NCBI GenBank assembly: GCA_964652985.1
Contig: CAZZDE010000006.1
Coordinates: 42,892 to 69,777 of the forward strand
Source of the DNA: an uncultured Polyangiaceae bacterium
GTDB taxonomy: Bacteria; Myxococcota_A; Polyangia; Polyangiales; Polyangiaceae
Reading direction: 5' to 3'
DNA: 26,886 nucleotides
Shown: piece by piece, positions 1 through 8,327 of the stretch
Position numbering within the stretch: the stretch's first letter is position 1
Layout of the letters: each line of letters begins with the position of its first letter
Position numbers and translations under genes: made by a program
The notes under the pieces: model-generated
Seen by the model: only the letters and a program-made list of their open reading frames with translations
The model's database searches: none
Told to the model about the DNA's origin: nothing

Positions 1-34
1 GCACCCCCGGAGGATAGACGCTATCCTGAGAGCC

Positions 35-904
35 GTGAGCCGCTTCGCCTTCGTGCCGTTCGGTGCCGACGCGCCTCCGCGTGCGGTGTGCTGCGACGGG
101 CTCGTCGACGGCACCGCGATCCATCTGAGTCACTGGCCGGGCAATCGCACGCCGTCGGACTTCAAGCGCGACACGTCGGTCGAGATCGCGCTCGCGTACG
201 GTGCGACCGGGGAGCGGTCGTCGCTCGTCGTGAACAACCACTTCGACACCGACGGCGTGCTCGCGGTCTTCTGTCTCCTCCAGCCGGAGATCGCGCGAGC
301 TCATGCCGATCTCGTGATCGGAGCGGCCGAGGTCGGCGATTTCGGTGCCTGGCCTCGGAGCCCTCGCGCGTTCTGGCTCGACGCGGCGGTGGCGAAGATC
401 TCCGGTGGCCGCTCCGACGCGGCGGCCTACGAGCGCACGCTGCCCCTACTCGCGGAGCTGTGCGAGCGAATCGACCACCGCGAGGATCTTTGGGGCGACG
501 CCTGGAAGGCGCTCACCGACGAAGACGCTCGCGCCCAGCGCGATCTGCAGGTCTCGGTCGACGGACCGATCGCGATCTTTCGTCACGCCCCGGGCGCCGA
601 CTTCTCGACCGCGGTCCTGGCGAAGCGCGCCCCGGAGAGCGCGACCCGCTGGCTGCGCGCGTTCGAGCGCCCCGACGGGACGTTCGACTACCGCTACGAC
701 TTGCCGCCATGGGCATGGGCCGATACGGTGCGTCGTCCCATTTTGGGACGACCCAAGCGCAACGCGATCGCCGCGAAGGCGCCCGGCTCGTGGGCGCTCA
801 AGGGAGACCTCGGCATGGTCGGGATCATCCGCACGCGCGCGCCCATCGCGAACGCCCCCGACGACGTCGCGCGCGCGCTGCTCACCGGCGACGCGGCGGC
901 GTGA
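35..904 (+). CDS. hypothetical cytoplasmic protein (no family recognised)
   Basis: 289-aa ORF with protein-like composition and GC3-rich codons. The GTG start at 35 may not be the true N-terminus; the gene could begin before the window. It converges on the CAP-domain gene with a 6-nt gap. Confidence 0.5.
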   Translation: MSRFAFVPFGADAPPRAVCCDGLVDGTAIHLSHWPGNRTPSDFKRDTSVEIALAYGATGERSSLVVNNHFDTDGVLAVFCLLQPEIARAHADLVIGAAEVGDFGAWPRSPRAFWLDAAVAKISGGRSDAAAYERTLPLLAELCERIDHREDLWGDAWKALTDEDARAQRDLQVSVDGPIAIFRHAPGADFSTAVLAKRAPESATRWLRAFERPDGTFDYRYDLPPWAWADTVRRPILGRPKRNAIAAKAPGSWALKGDLGMVGIIRTRAPIANAPDDVARALLTGDAAA

Positions 905-910
905 GCGCGA

Positions 911-1522
911 TCACTGGAAGTCCTGGACGCTCCAGAACTTGCCGTTGCCCATGTCGTAGAAGCCGCAGAAGACCTTCGTGTACTTCGTGCTCGACATGTT
1001 GATGTAGTGCCCGTGGGTGTTGAAGTCGACGCCGGGCCCTTCGTTCCACATCATCTGAAGGCAGCCGTCGAGCGACTGCTGCATGTTCGCGGTCGGCCAG
1101 CCGGGGCACTCGTTCTGCGCGAACTCGCTGCACTGCCCGAACGCGCTGTGGGCCTTGTTGGCGAGCGCGTCCGTCTTCGACTGTCCGTCGGCGCACGCTT
1201 CCTTCGACGACAGGCGCGCGAGCGCCGGCAAGCTGAGCGTCGCCCGGTACTGGTTGATCTTGTCGACGCAGTGCTGCTGAATCGAGCTCGAACCGGCGTC
1301 GACCACCGGCGGCGGCGAGCCGGAGTCGACCACCGGAGGGGGAGGGGGCGTGCCGGAGTCCTTCGCCGTACCGCCGTCGGTCTTGGGCGGCGGCGTGCCG
1401 CTGTCCTTGGTCGGCGTCGGCCCGCTGTCGGCGGTGGGATCGATCGTCGGGTCGGGATCGGCGGAGCAGGCGGCGGCGACGAGGGCCACCAGGGCGATCG
1501 GCAAGACGTGGATCGAGCGCAT
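911..1522 (-). CDS. CAP/SCP/PR-1 (cysteine-rich secretory protein) domain lipoprotein with a Pro-rich linker
   Basis: Signal peptide plus lipobox (LVALVAAAC). A Pro/Thr/Gly-rich low-complexity linker (TPPPKTDGG...TPPPPPVVDSGSPPPVVD). The C-terminal ~120 aa carry the CAP-domain motif pattern (HCVDKINQYRA, HNxxR-like, GHYTQMVW-like MMWNEGPG, conserved Cys). Confidence 0.8.
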   Translation of the reverse strand: MRSIHVLPIALVALVAAACSADPDPTIDPTADSGPTPTKDSGTPPPKTDGGTAKDSGTPPPPPVVDSGSPPPVVDAGSSSIQQHCVDKINQYRATLSLPALARLSSKEACADGQSKTDALANKAHSAFGQCSEFAQNECPGWPTANMQQSLDGCLQMMWNEGPGVDFNTHGHYINMSSTKYTKVFCGFYDMGNGKFWSVQDFQ

Positions 1523-1635
1523 TCCCCGTCACGATGCACGCGGCGCGCCAGCCGGGCGGCGCGAGAATCGCTTGGATTTCCGTCGGATTTTGGGGGCGAT
1601 TGCCCCCGGTCAGTGGATCTTTTCCCCGGTCGCGC

Positions 1636-3285
1636 TCACTGCACGCCGAACGCGGCGTACGGGGAGCTCGGCACCACCCGCACGTCGTCGGTGGGCAGGG
1701 GCAGCTTGTCCCAGGCCTCGGGGTGGTCCGGCGGTACCAAGTTGGTATTCGCGGTCTTCGCTCGATACATCTCGGCGTCGTACATGACGAGATCGCCGAC
1801 CGCGTAGGCGATCGCGGGTTGCCCGGGGGCGAGCGTCGCCTTGGCGCCCCACGCCGACAGCCGCGCGACCGGGACGTCGGGGTAGCCCGACGCGACGAAC
1901 GCGAGCACCACGACCGGGCCGTTGACGTTGCCCTTCGTCGTCACGTTGGCTTTCACCGTGTCGGGACCCATGCCGGCGACGATCGCGCGGCTGCCCTCCC
2001 AGTGGTTCCCGTCGAAGAGGATTGGTCCCTTCAACGCGGCGTTGATCCCGAAGACGACGCCGGGGTCTTTCGCCGTCGGGTCGAGCGGCGTGTACGCGAA
2101 GTCGAGCCCGCGGAAGAAGTTGCCGAGCAGCGTCACCGACGACGGCGCGGCCGACGTCCCATTCAGGTACCCGCCGAGGCTCCGCGTGTCGGCGAAGTAG
2201 TTGTCGTGGAAGGTCACGTTGCGGTCGCCGTCGCCGGTCTCAGGTGCGCTGAAGAAGCTCAGGAACGTCCCCGCGCCGCCGATGACGACGTTGTGATCGA
2301 GCTCGATGTTCCCCTCGCGGGTGTGCACCTGGCTCGCGCCGTCCTGGTAGTTGCCGAAGTTGTCGAGCCAGTGCAGCGCGTTGAACGCGACCGTGTTGTG
2401 GTGCACGTGGGTCTTGTCGCCGAGATCCTGGATCTGGAGCCCCTCGCTCCCCGACCGGATCAGGCGGTTGTTGTAGACCTGGAGGTTCGGGAGCAGGTTG
2501 CCCGGCGGCGCGCCGGTCCAGCCGAAGTAGAACGCCTCGGACCCGGAGTCGTGGACGTACGTGTCGTGGACGCGGACGTTCGCCATCGGCTTCGGCGGAT
2601 CGTTCGCGGCGCGCGCGTTCAAGAGGCGAATCCCAGCGAACCCGGCGCGCGTGACCTCGACGTACTCGAGCTCGAAGTCGGTCGCGTCGCCGACGCTGAT
2701 CCCCATGTGGGTGTACTGCCCCTTGGCGTATCCGTCGTCGCTGAGGAACCCGTACTTGCCGCGCGACGTGGCATACGCGCCGCAGCGGTGACCGGGGAAC
2801 GCCGCATCGCCGGTCTTCGCGTCCGGATCGTAGCGCCCGGTGAGGATCCAGTTCGCGCCGCCGCCCATCGACCAGACGTAGTTGGTGTTGTCGCCGGGGG
2901 GACCGACCTGTACCTGCCCACCGACGTTCGTGATGACGAGCGGGCGCTTCGCGTCGCGCGTCGGCAGGTTGGTGATGCTGAGCTGCTTGTACTTGCCGGC
3001 CGGGATGTAGAGCCGATCGAGCGTGGCCCAATCGACCGAAGGGAACGCCTTCTGGATGTCCCCGATCGCGTACGCGCCGTTCGTCGCCGGTGGGAGCGTG
3101 AAGGTCGTGACCGGCGGCGGAAAATGACCGAATGGCTCGCACGACGTCGGCGGTCCGCCGTCGGTGACGACCGCTCCGTCGGAGACGGTCGGCGAATCGA
3201 CGCCAGCGTCGTTGCCCGGCGTGTTCGACGAAGAGTCACCGCATCCGAACGTGGCGATCGCTGCCGCAACGAGGATCCTGCGCAT
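1636..3285 (-). CDS. secreted right-handed parallel beta-helix lipoprotein (polysaccharide lyase/hydrolase-like) with a C-terminal CBM5/12-type carbohydrate-binding domain
   Basis: Lipoprotein signal (AIATFGCGDSS). Repeated beta-helix rungs with N/H/D ladders (VHDTYVHDSG, VHHNTVAFN, LDHNVVIGG, FHDNYFAD). The last ~60 aa match the CBM5/12 (chitin-binding type 3) pattern AYAVGDLVMYDAEMYRAK....PPDHPEAWDKL. Confidence 0.8.
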   Translation of the reverse strand: MRRILVAAAIATFGCGDSSSNTPGNDAGVDSPTVSDGAVVTDGGPPTSCEPFGHFPPPVTTFTLPPATNGAYAIGDIQKAFPSVDWATLDRLYIPAGKYKQLSITNLPTRDAKRPLVITNVGGQVQVGPPGDNTNYVWSMGGGANWILTGRYDPDAKTGDAAFPGHRCGAYATSRGKYGFLSDDGYAKGQYTHMGISVGDATDFELEYVEVTRAGFAGIRLLNARAANDPPKPMANVRVHDTYVHDSGSEAFYFGWTGAPPGNLLPNLQVYNNRLIRSGSEGLQIQDLGDKTHVHHNTVAFNALHWLDNFGNYQDGASQVHTREGNIELDHNVVIGGAGTFLSFFSAPETGDGDRNVTFHDNYFADTRSLGGYLNGTSAAPSSVTLLGNFFRGLDFAYTPLDPTAKDPGVVFGINAALKGPILFDGNHWEGSRAIVAGMGPDTVKANVTTKGNVNGPVVVLAFVASGYPDVPVARLSAWGAKATLAPGQPAIAYAVGDLVMYDAEMYRAKTANTNLVPPDHPEAWDKLPLPTDDVRVVPSSPYAAFGVQ

Positions 3286-3303
3286 CGCCTCAGCGTAGCG
3301 TGT

Positions 3304-3651
3304 TCAGCGCGTCTGGAGATCCTGCGCTTCGTAGATCGTCACCTGATCGAGCTTCTTCTCGGCGATGGCGGTGCGAAGGATCTCACGGGCGCGCGCGGCG
3401 TCACGAGCGGGCACGTTCACGGTGTAGCCGAGCGAACCGCCCGCCGACCACTCGATGTGGTTCTCGTTCATGAGGGTCACGATCTTCGCCCCGGTCACGT
3501 CGTCGGAGCCGAGGTAGCCGGCGACCGGCTCCCACTGGGCCGACGCGGCCGGCGCGGGGGTGGAGTCCACCGGCGTCGGATCGGTCGAAGCGCAATGGAT
3601 CGAGGTGGCGGCGAAAACGAGGGCGAGGGCAACGTGGCGAGGCGAGAGCAT
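3304..3651 (-). CDS. small secreted protein, hypothetical
   Basis: 115-aa ORF with an N-terminal signal peptide (VALALVFAATSIHCAST) and protein-like composition. Same strand as the two secreted genes downstream of it. Confidence 0.5.
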   Translation of the reverse strand: MLSPRHVALALVFAATSIHCASTDPTPVDSTPAPAASAQWEPVAGYLGSDDVTGAKIVTLMNENHIEWSAGGSLGYTVNVPARDAARAREILRTAIAEKKLDQVTIYEAQDLQTR

Positions 3652-3682
3652 GCCGTTTCTACGCCGCCGAGCGGCGAACGAT

Positions 3683-4564
3683 CTACGCCGGCAGCAACGA
3701 CTGTCTCCACGCCTCGAGGAGCGCGCTGTCGTCGACGTCGTGCGGGTGGAACCCGGGGCGGAAGTACTTCAGCCACCCGCGGCCGAGGCTCCACATCCCG
3801 GCGGGATCGACGAAGAGGAAACGACCCAGCTTCGACCACTCTTCCGCGGACGTCAGGCACCCGTCGGCGTGCATCATCACGACCTGGTGCTCGAGCACCT
3901 TCACCCAGAAGAACGCCGACGCGACGAGCATCATCCCCATCCGCTCGACCTCGGTTCCTCCGGCCGCACGGAACACGTCGAACGCGACCGACTTGTGCTC
4001 GCTCTCTTCGGCGGCGTGCCAGCGCCAGAGCGCCGCCATGTTCGGGTCGGCGCCTTCCAGGTTCTTCGGATCCCCCAAGACCAAGAGCGCCATCGACGCC
4101 GTGTAGTGCTCGAGCGCGCACGTCACCGCGAGCTGTGCGCGCTTCGGTAGCACCGTCTTCGCGAAGCGAAGCAGCCGCTCCACCTTCTTCTCGAGCCGCG
4201 CGACGGGATATCCGCTGCTCGCGAGGTGCGCGTTGTACCCGTCGTGCTCGCGACCGTGGATGCCCTCTTGGGCAGTGAAGAGCGCGACGTCGCGCTGGAG
4301 CTCGGCCTCGGCGTACTGCCGGTGCGCGCGCACCGACCCGAGGAAGAAGCGCTCGCCCGCGGGGAAGAAGATGGAGAGTCCATCGAAGTAGATCGTCACC
4401 GCGCGTCCGCGCCCATGCCAGTACTTCGGCACGCCATCGAGGGAGAACCGGAGGTTGCGCACTTCGAGCATGCGTCGATGATGAGGTGGCGCGTGCCCGA
4501 GCGGCAGGTTAGCGTGTGCCAAGTTCTTGTCATTTGGGGCCATGGCGAAAGGCGAGGCATTCAT
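3683..4564 (-). CDS. predicted metal-dependent hydrolase (COG3687 / Pfam PF10118-like)
   Basis: FFPAGERFF and HAAEESEHK motifs and overall His/Glu-rich helical composition, typical of the PF10118 metal-dependent hydrolase family. The start may be the internal MAPNDKN (4543) or MLEVRNL (4471), since the longest ORF overlaps the AraC start. Confidence 0.65.
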   Translation of the reverse strand: MNASPFAMAPNDKNLAHANLPLGHAPPHHRRMLEVRNLRFSLDGVPKYWHGRGRAVTIYFDGLSIFFPAGERFFLGSVRAHRQYAEAELQRDVALFTAQEGIHGREHDGYNAHLASSGYPVARLEKKVERLLRFAKTVLPKRAQLAVTCALEHYTASMALLVLGDPKNLEGADPNMAALWRWHAAEESEHKSVAFDVFRAAGGTEVERMGMMLVASAFFWVKVLEHQVVMMHADGCLTSAEEWSKLGRFLFVDPAGMWSLGRGWLKYFRPGFHPHDVDDSALLEAWRQSLLPA

Positions 4565-5552
4565 CCCGGCGATCCACGCGCTCCACCTCGCCGAGGTGAC
4601 GTCGCGCTACGGCGTGTCGTGCGCGCAGCTGCTCGCCGGGTCGGGCCTCTCGGAGAGCGATCTCTCCGAGCCCGACGAGACGATCTCGATCGCCGTCGCC
4701 GAGCGGCTCGTCGAGCGCGCGCGCACGCTCACCGGCGAGCCCGCGATCGGGCTCCTCCTCGGCATGCAGATGCGGATCTCGGCGCACGGCTACCTCGGGT
4801 TCGCGGCGATGGTCGCGTCGACCGTCGGCGAGGCGCTGGAGATCGCGACGAGGTTCGCGCCGACGCGAACCAACGCGCTGGCGTTGCGTCTCGTCGTCGA
4901 CGACGAGACGGCCGCGCTCGTAATCGAGGAGCGGGCTTCGCTCGCCGGAGCGCGCGAGGCGGTCCTCTTCGCGCTGATCGAAGGCATCCGCCAGATCGGG
5001 CAGGCGCTCACCGGCAAGACGCTCACCGGCTCGGCCGAGGTCACGTTCGCGGAGCCTCCGTGGTTCGGGAAGCTCGCGGGCTTCGCAGGTGCCGGCCGCG
5101 TCCGCTTTCGCCGGCCGGAGAACCGCATCCTCTTCGATCGTGCGGTGCTCGATCTCCCGCTCGTACTCGCCGATCCCGCCGCGTTCCGCCTCGCGACGGA
5201 GCAATGCGAGCGCGCGCTCGCCGCGATTCGCGACGCGACCCGAGTCACGTCGAAGGTGCGCTCGCTGCTCGTGCGGCGCGGCGGGCTCGAACGCTCGCTC
5301 GACGACGTGGCGCACGTACTCCACGTGTCGCCCCGGACGCTCAAGCGGCACCTCGCCGCGGAGGGTACGACGTTCAAGGCGCTCCACGATGCGGCGCGAC
5401 GCGAAGCCGCGGTTCGCCTCGTCGAGAGCACCGATCTCACGCTCGAAGCGATCGCCGAGCGGCTCGGCTACTCCGACGTCGCGAACTTCACGCGAGCGTT
5501 CCGTCGCTGGACCGGGAAGACCCCCGGCGCCGCGCGCCGATCGTTGCGGTGA
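4542..5552 (+). CDS. AraC-family transcriptional regulator with an N-terminal Arabinose_bd-like (PF12625) ligand domain
   Basis: C-terminal double HTH typical of AraC/XylS (SLDDVAHVLHVSPRTLKRHL...LGYSDVANFTRAFRRWTGKTP). The N-terminal ~170 aa resemble the AraC_binding_2/Arabinose_bd domain. It is divergent from the PF10118 hydrolase. The start is 4527 or 4542. Confidence 0.85.
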   Translation: MAKGEAFIPAIHALHLAEVTSRYGVSCAQLLAGSGLSESDLSEPDETISIAVAERLVERARTLTGEPAIGLLLGMQMRISAHGYLGFAAMVASTVGEALEIATRFAPTRTNALALRLVVDDETAALVIEERASLAGAREAVLFALIEGIRQIGQALTGKTLTGSAEVTFAEPPWFGKLAGFAGAGRVRFRRPENRILFDRAVLDLPLVLADPAAFRLATEQCERALAAIRDATRVTSKVRSLLVRRGGLERSLDDVAHVLHVSPRTLKRHLAAEGTTFKALHDAARREAAVRLVESTDLTLEAIAERLGYSDVANFTRAFRRWTGKTPGAARRSLR

Positions 5553-5555
5553 GCG

Positions 5556-6353
5556 TCACGGGCGCACGACGCGCGCCATGCTCGTCACGTCGAAGAGTCG
5601 GCGCTGATTGCCGTCGCGGCTCCACTCGCCCTCGACGACGTACTCGCCGCCGACCGGCTCCGCATCGAGGTCGAGCGGCACGAGCGCGGGAAACGCGTGC
5701 GTCCCGTCCGCCGCGGAGAACGCGGCGTGGGGCGGCGGGCACTGCGAGCACGCGGCGCCCGGTGGGCAGGGTGCGCACTTCGGCGGTGGCGCGCGGAAGG
5801 TCACGAGCATCCGCAGCATCTGTCCGTCGCCGTAGCCCTCGGCGTCTTCGAGGCGGAGCACGCCCTGCGGCACGCCGTGCGTCACGAGCACCGTCGGCGG
5901 CGGTAGACCGAAGTCGGTGCCGGACGGGTCGGTGATGTCCACCACGCGCGCGATGCGCTCGGCTCGCAGCTTGGCGAACCCGCTGCTCGAGTCGAACGAG
6001 CCATCGAGGACGTAGACGGCCCCGACGGTCATGCGCGAGCCGCCGAGCCCTTCGACCGCGAGCTTCGCGTCGCCAGAGGTGCTCTTGAACGTCGCGTAGT
6101 CGAGGCAGACGGAACAGCTCGCCCCAGCGGGGCACGGCGGGCACTCGGGGACCGGAGCGATGAACACCGCCGCGACGCGGACGGCGACGCCCGGCTGCGC
6201 CGCGTTGGCGGCATCCACCGAGAGCGTTCCCGGTGGGATGCTGGACACCGTCGGGATGCTCGGCGTCGCGTCGCTCGGTGCGCGGGCGTCCTTGCCGTGA
6301 CCACACGCGGCGACGACGAGGAGGAAGGCTGCGAACCAGATCCGAGCGCGCAT
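5556..6353 (-). CDS. lipoprotein with internally duplicated CxxCPxGAxCSxC modules, hypothetical
   Basis: Start chosen at MRARIWFAAFLLVVAACGHG (lipobox). Two ~55-aa repeats each begin with P(E/K)C(P/A)PCP(A/P)GA(S/A)CSxC. It is the last gene of a minus-strand run with the MTase. Confidence 0.6.
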   Translation of the reverse strand: MRARIWFAAFLLVVAACGHGKDARAPSDATPSIPTVSSIPPGTLSVDAANAAQPGVAVRVAAVFIAPVPECPPCPAGASCSVCLDYATFKSTSGDAKLAVEGLGGSRMTVGAVYVLDGSFDSSSGFAKLRAERIARVVDITDPSGTDFGLPPPTVLVTHGVPQGVLRLEDAEGYGDGQMLRMLVTFRAPPPKCAPCPPGAACSQCPPPHAAFSAADGTHAFPALVPLDLDAEPVGGEYVVEGEWSRDGNQRRLFDVTSMARVVRP

Positions 6354-6384
6354 CGAGACGGACAACGGGCGGCCTCGTTCGATC

Positions 6385-7122
6385 TTACGCCGAGGGCTTG
6401 CGAACGACGATCGTGCGCATCCCACGGCGATCTTCGCTGCGCTCGATCTCGAAGCCGGTCTCGCGAAGGCGCTTCTCCGCCCAATCCGGGGCGATCCGCA
6501 GCTTCTTGTAGTCGCTGACCTTCATCTCCCACCCATCGAAGCTGCGGCGGTGGATCACGTCGTACACCCGCACGTGGTCGCCTTCGTACTCGAGGAAGCA
6601 CGTGAAGACGGTGCTCGCGTCGGCGCGGACCGGGATGAAGCGCGCCGCGCCGACGAGCTCACGCGTGAAATCGCGAAACGCCACGATGAGCTTCCCACCC
6701 GGCGCGAGCAGACGAAACGTCTCGCGAAAGAGTCGCTGCACGTCTCCGAAGCTCGAGAGGTGCGTGAGCGTGTCGCCCATGCAGACGACGAGCTCCAGGT
6801 TTCCTTCCGCGCCGGCGACGTAGTGCAGGATGTCGTCGCACACCGTTCGCACCGGCAGGCCCTTCGCGTTCGCCGCGAGCTCGGCGAGGAGCGACTTCGA
6901 GAGATCGACGGCGGTGATCTCGAAGCCGAGCTCGGCCAACGGGAGCGTCTGGAATCCGGTGCCCGCGCCGACGTCGAGCGCGCGCTTCGAGGCGGCCGGC
7001 GCGATCCCGAGCTCGACGAACAGCGCCTTGTTCTCCGACACGCGCTCCGGCAGACCGCCGAAGAGCCACGAGTAGTGTTCCGCGAGGTGAGTGTCGTAAT
7101 GCTCCGCGATGCCCGCGCTCAT
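6385..7122 (-). CDS. class I SAM-dependent methyltransferase
   Basis: Motif I LDVGAGTGFQTLPLAELGFEITAVDLS, acidic post-I and motif IV-like LLAPGGKLIV. The true start is MSAGIAEHYD. Its ATG (7122..7120) overlaps the TGA (7121..7119) of the upstream lipoprotein gene as ATGA. The 651-aa ORF in the track is an upstream read-through artefact. Confidence 0.8.
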   Translation of the reverse strand: MSAGIAEHYDTHLAEHYSWLFGGLPERVSENKALFVELGIAPAASKRALDVGAGTGFQTLPLAELGFEITAVDLSKSLLAELAANAKGLPVRTVCDDILHYVAGAEGNLELVVCMGDTLTHLSSFGDVQRLFRETFRLLAPGGKLIVAFRDFTRELVGAARFIPVRADASTVFTCFLEYEGDHVRVYDVIHRRSFDGWEMKVSDYKKLRIAPDWAEKRLRETGFEIERSEDRRGMRTIVVRKPSA

Positions 7123-8255
7123 TTGAGCGCGATCGGAGGAAGCACGCCGATCCAGGCCTTCATCTCGTTCGGGTAGACGCACACCTTGAGCGCGGAGTCC
7201 TTGCACGCGGAGTCGCCGACGAGGACGTTGCACTGCGACGCCACCGCCTGGTTCGCTTGTGCGATGGGCATGCCCCACATCCGCGCGCACGCGATGTTGA
7301 CGAACGTCTGCTCGTCGTCGACGCGCTTCTCGTCGTCGCGCGCGACCGTGAAGCCGGGCTTCTCGCACGCTTGCTTCGCGAAATTCAGCGCGACCTGATC
7401 GTCTTTGACGAACGTGCCATCGGCCTTGGAGTGGAGGAGCATCGCGGGGCCCTGCGCGACCGACGCCTGACCATTGCAGCGCGCCGGGATGCGCGAGCGG
7501 TACGGGCCGTAGGTGACGAGATCCGGCCGCCCGTCGTTGTCGGCGTCGGTCGTGCGGAAGAACGGGTACTGGCCGATCGGGTACATCGCGACCTGGCCAC
7601 CCTTGAACGAGACGATCTGGCCGATCGGGTCCTTCGGACCTTCCTTGGTCTGATCGTGTCCGACGATGATGAGCTCCTCTTCTCCGTCGCCGTCGAAGTC
7701 GAAGACGGTCGTCGAGTTGAACACGACGCGGTCGCTGTCGTGCGCGGCGAAGCTGCGCGTCGCCGTGCGCGGGCTCTGCCCGGGGAGCGCCATCGAGGCC
7801 TTCGCGCCCGTCTTGTCCACGTGGATCGCGAACGCGACGGCGGAGTACCCGTGCTGCTCCTCCTTGAGATCCTGCACCCCGAGGCCCCACGCGCCTCCGC
7901 TCTTCGTGCGCACGCACTCGGAGAAGATGCGGCGACCCTCCTCGCCGAAGCTTCCGGCGTGGCTCATGGGATCCTTCGAGTCCGCGAGCTCCTTCAGGCG
8001 AGCGAGCGCCGGCGCGCGGTCGGCGTCGAGCGCCTTGCACGCGTCGAAGCCGATGGCGCCGCTCGAGACGGGAGCCACGACGCCGGTAGCCGCCGCCGAC
8101 GACGTCGCCGGTGCGCTGGTCGACGCGCTCGGCGTCGCCGAAGGCGTGACCGGAGGCGTGTTCGTCGCGCCGCCGCCGCACGCAGCGAACGAGAGCGGGA
8201 GGAGCGCGAACGGCGCGAGGACGAGGATCGAGAGCTTGCTTCGCATGGGCGGCAT
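7119..8255 (-). CDS. lipoprotein with FG-GAP/VCBS-like Ca-binding repeats, hypothetical
   Basis: Signal plus lipobox (MRSKLSILVLAPFALLPLSFAACGGG) and a Thr/Ser/Pro/Ala linker. The two motifs FDFDGDGEEELIIVG and TDADNDGRPDLVTYG resemble FG-GAP (integrin-alpha beta-propeller) blades. The start is MPPM at 8255 or MRSK at 8246. Confidence 0.65.
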   Translation of the reverse strand: MPPMRSKLSILVLAPFALLPLSFAACGGGATNTPPVTPSATPSASTSAPATSSAAATGVVAPVSSGAIGFDACKALDADRAPALARLKELADSKDPMSHAGSFGEEGRRIFSECVRTKSGGAWGLGVQDLKEEQHGYSAVAFAIHVDKTGAKASMALPGQSPRTATRSFAAHDSDRVVFNSTTVFDFDGDGEEELIIVGHDQTKEGPKDPIGQIVSFKGGQVAMYPIGQYPFFRTTDADNDGRPDLVTYGPYRSRIPARCNGQASVAQGPAMLLHSKADGTFVKDDQVALNFAKQACEKPGFTVARDDEKRVDDEQTFVNIACARMWGMPIAQANQAVASQCNVLVGDSACKDSALKVCVYPNEMKAWIGVLPPIALK

Positions 8256-8327
8256 TTCTCCCACGACCTGGCGGGTGAGGGAAGACCGATCGTGCGGAAA
8301 CGCGGTAGAGTCGGCCGCGGAGGAACG

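Noticed and set aside
1261-1400. Direct nucleotide repeats (gtcgaccaccgg..., ggcgtgccg...) in the CAP gene
   Set aside because: They encode the Pro/Thr/Gly-rich linker (TPPP/DSG repeats) of the lipoprotein. They are not a CRISPR array or mobile-element repeat: the units are irregular and in-frame.
1534-4278. 914-aa plus-strand ORF spanning the beta-helix, small secreted and hydrolase genes
   Set aside because: Arg/Gly/Ala/Val-dominated low-complexity translation (RRRR, GGGG runs), antisense to three minus-strand genes with clear family motifs. This is a GC-rich shadow ORF.
7257-8327. N-terminal 357 codons of the 871-aa ORF preceding the Rieske gene
   Set aside because: Antisense to the lipoprotein gene, and a low-complexity translation. 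The Rieske protein begins at MGDAPKISG with a proper N-terminal Rieske fold length.
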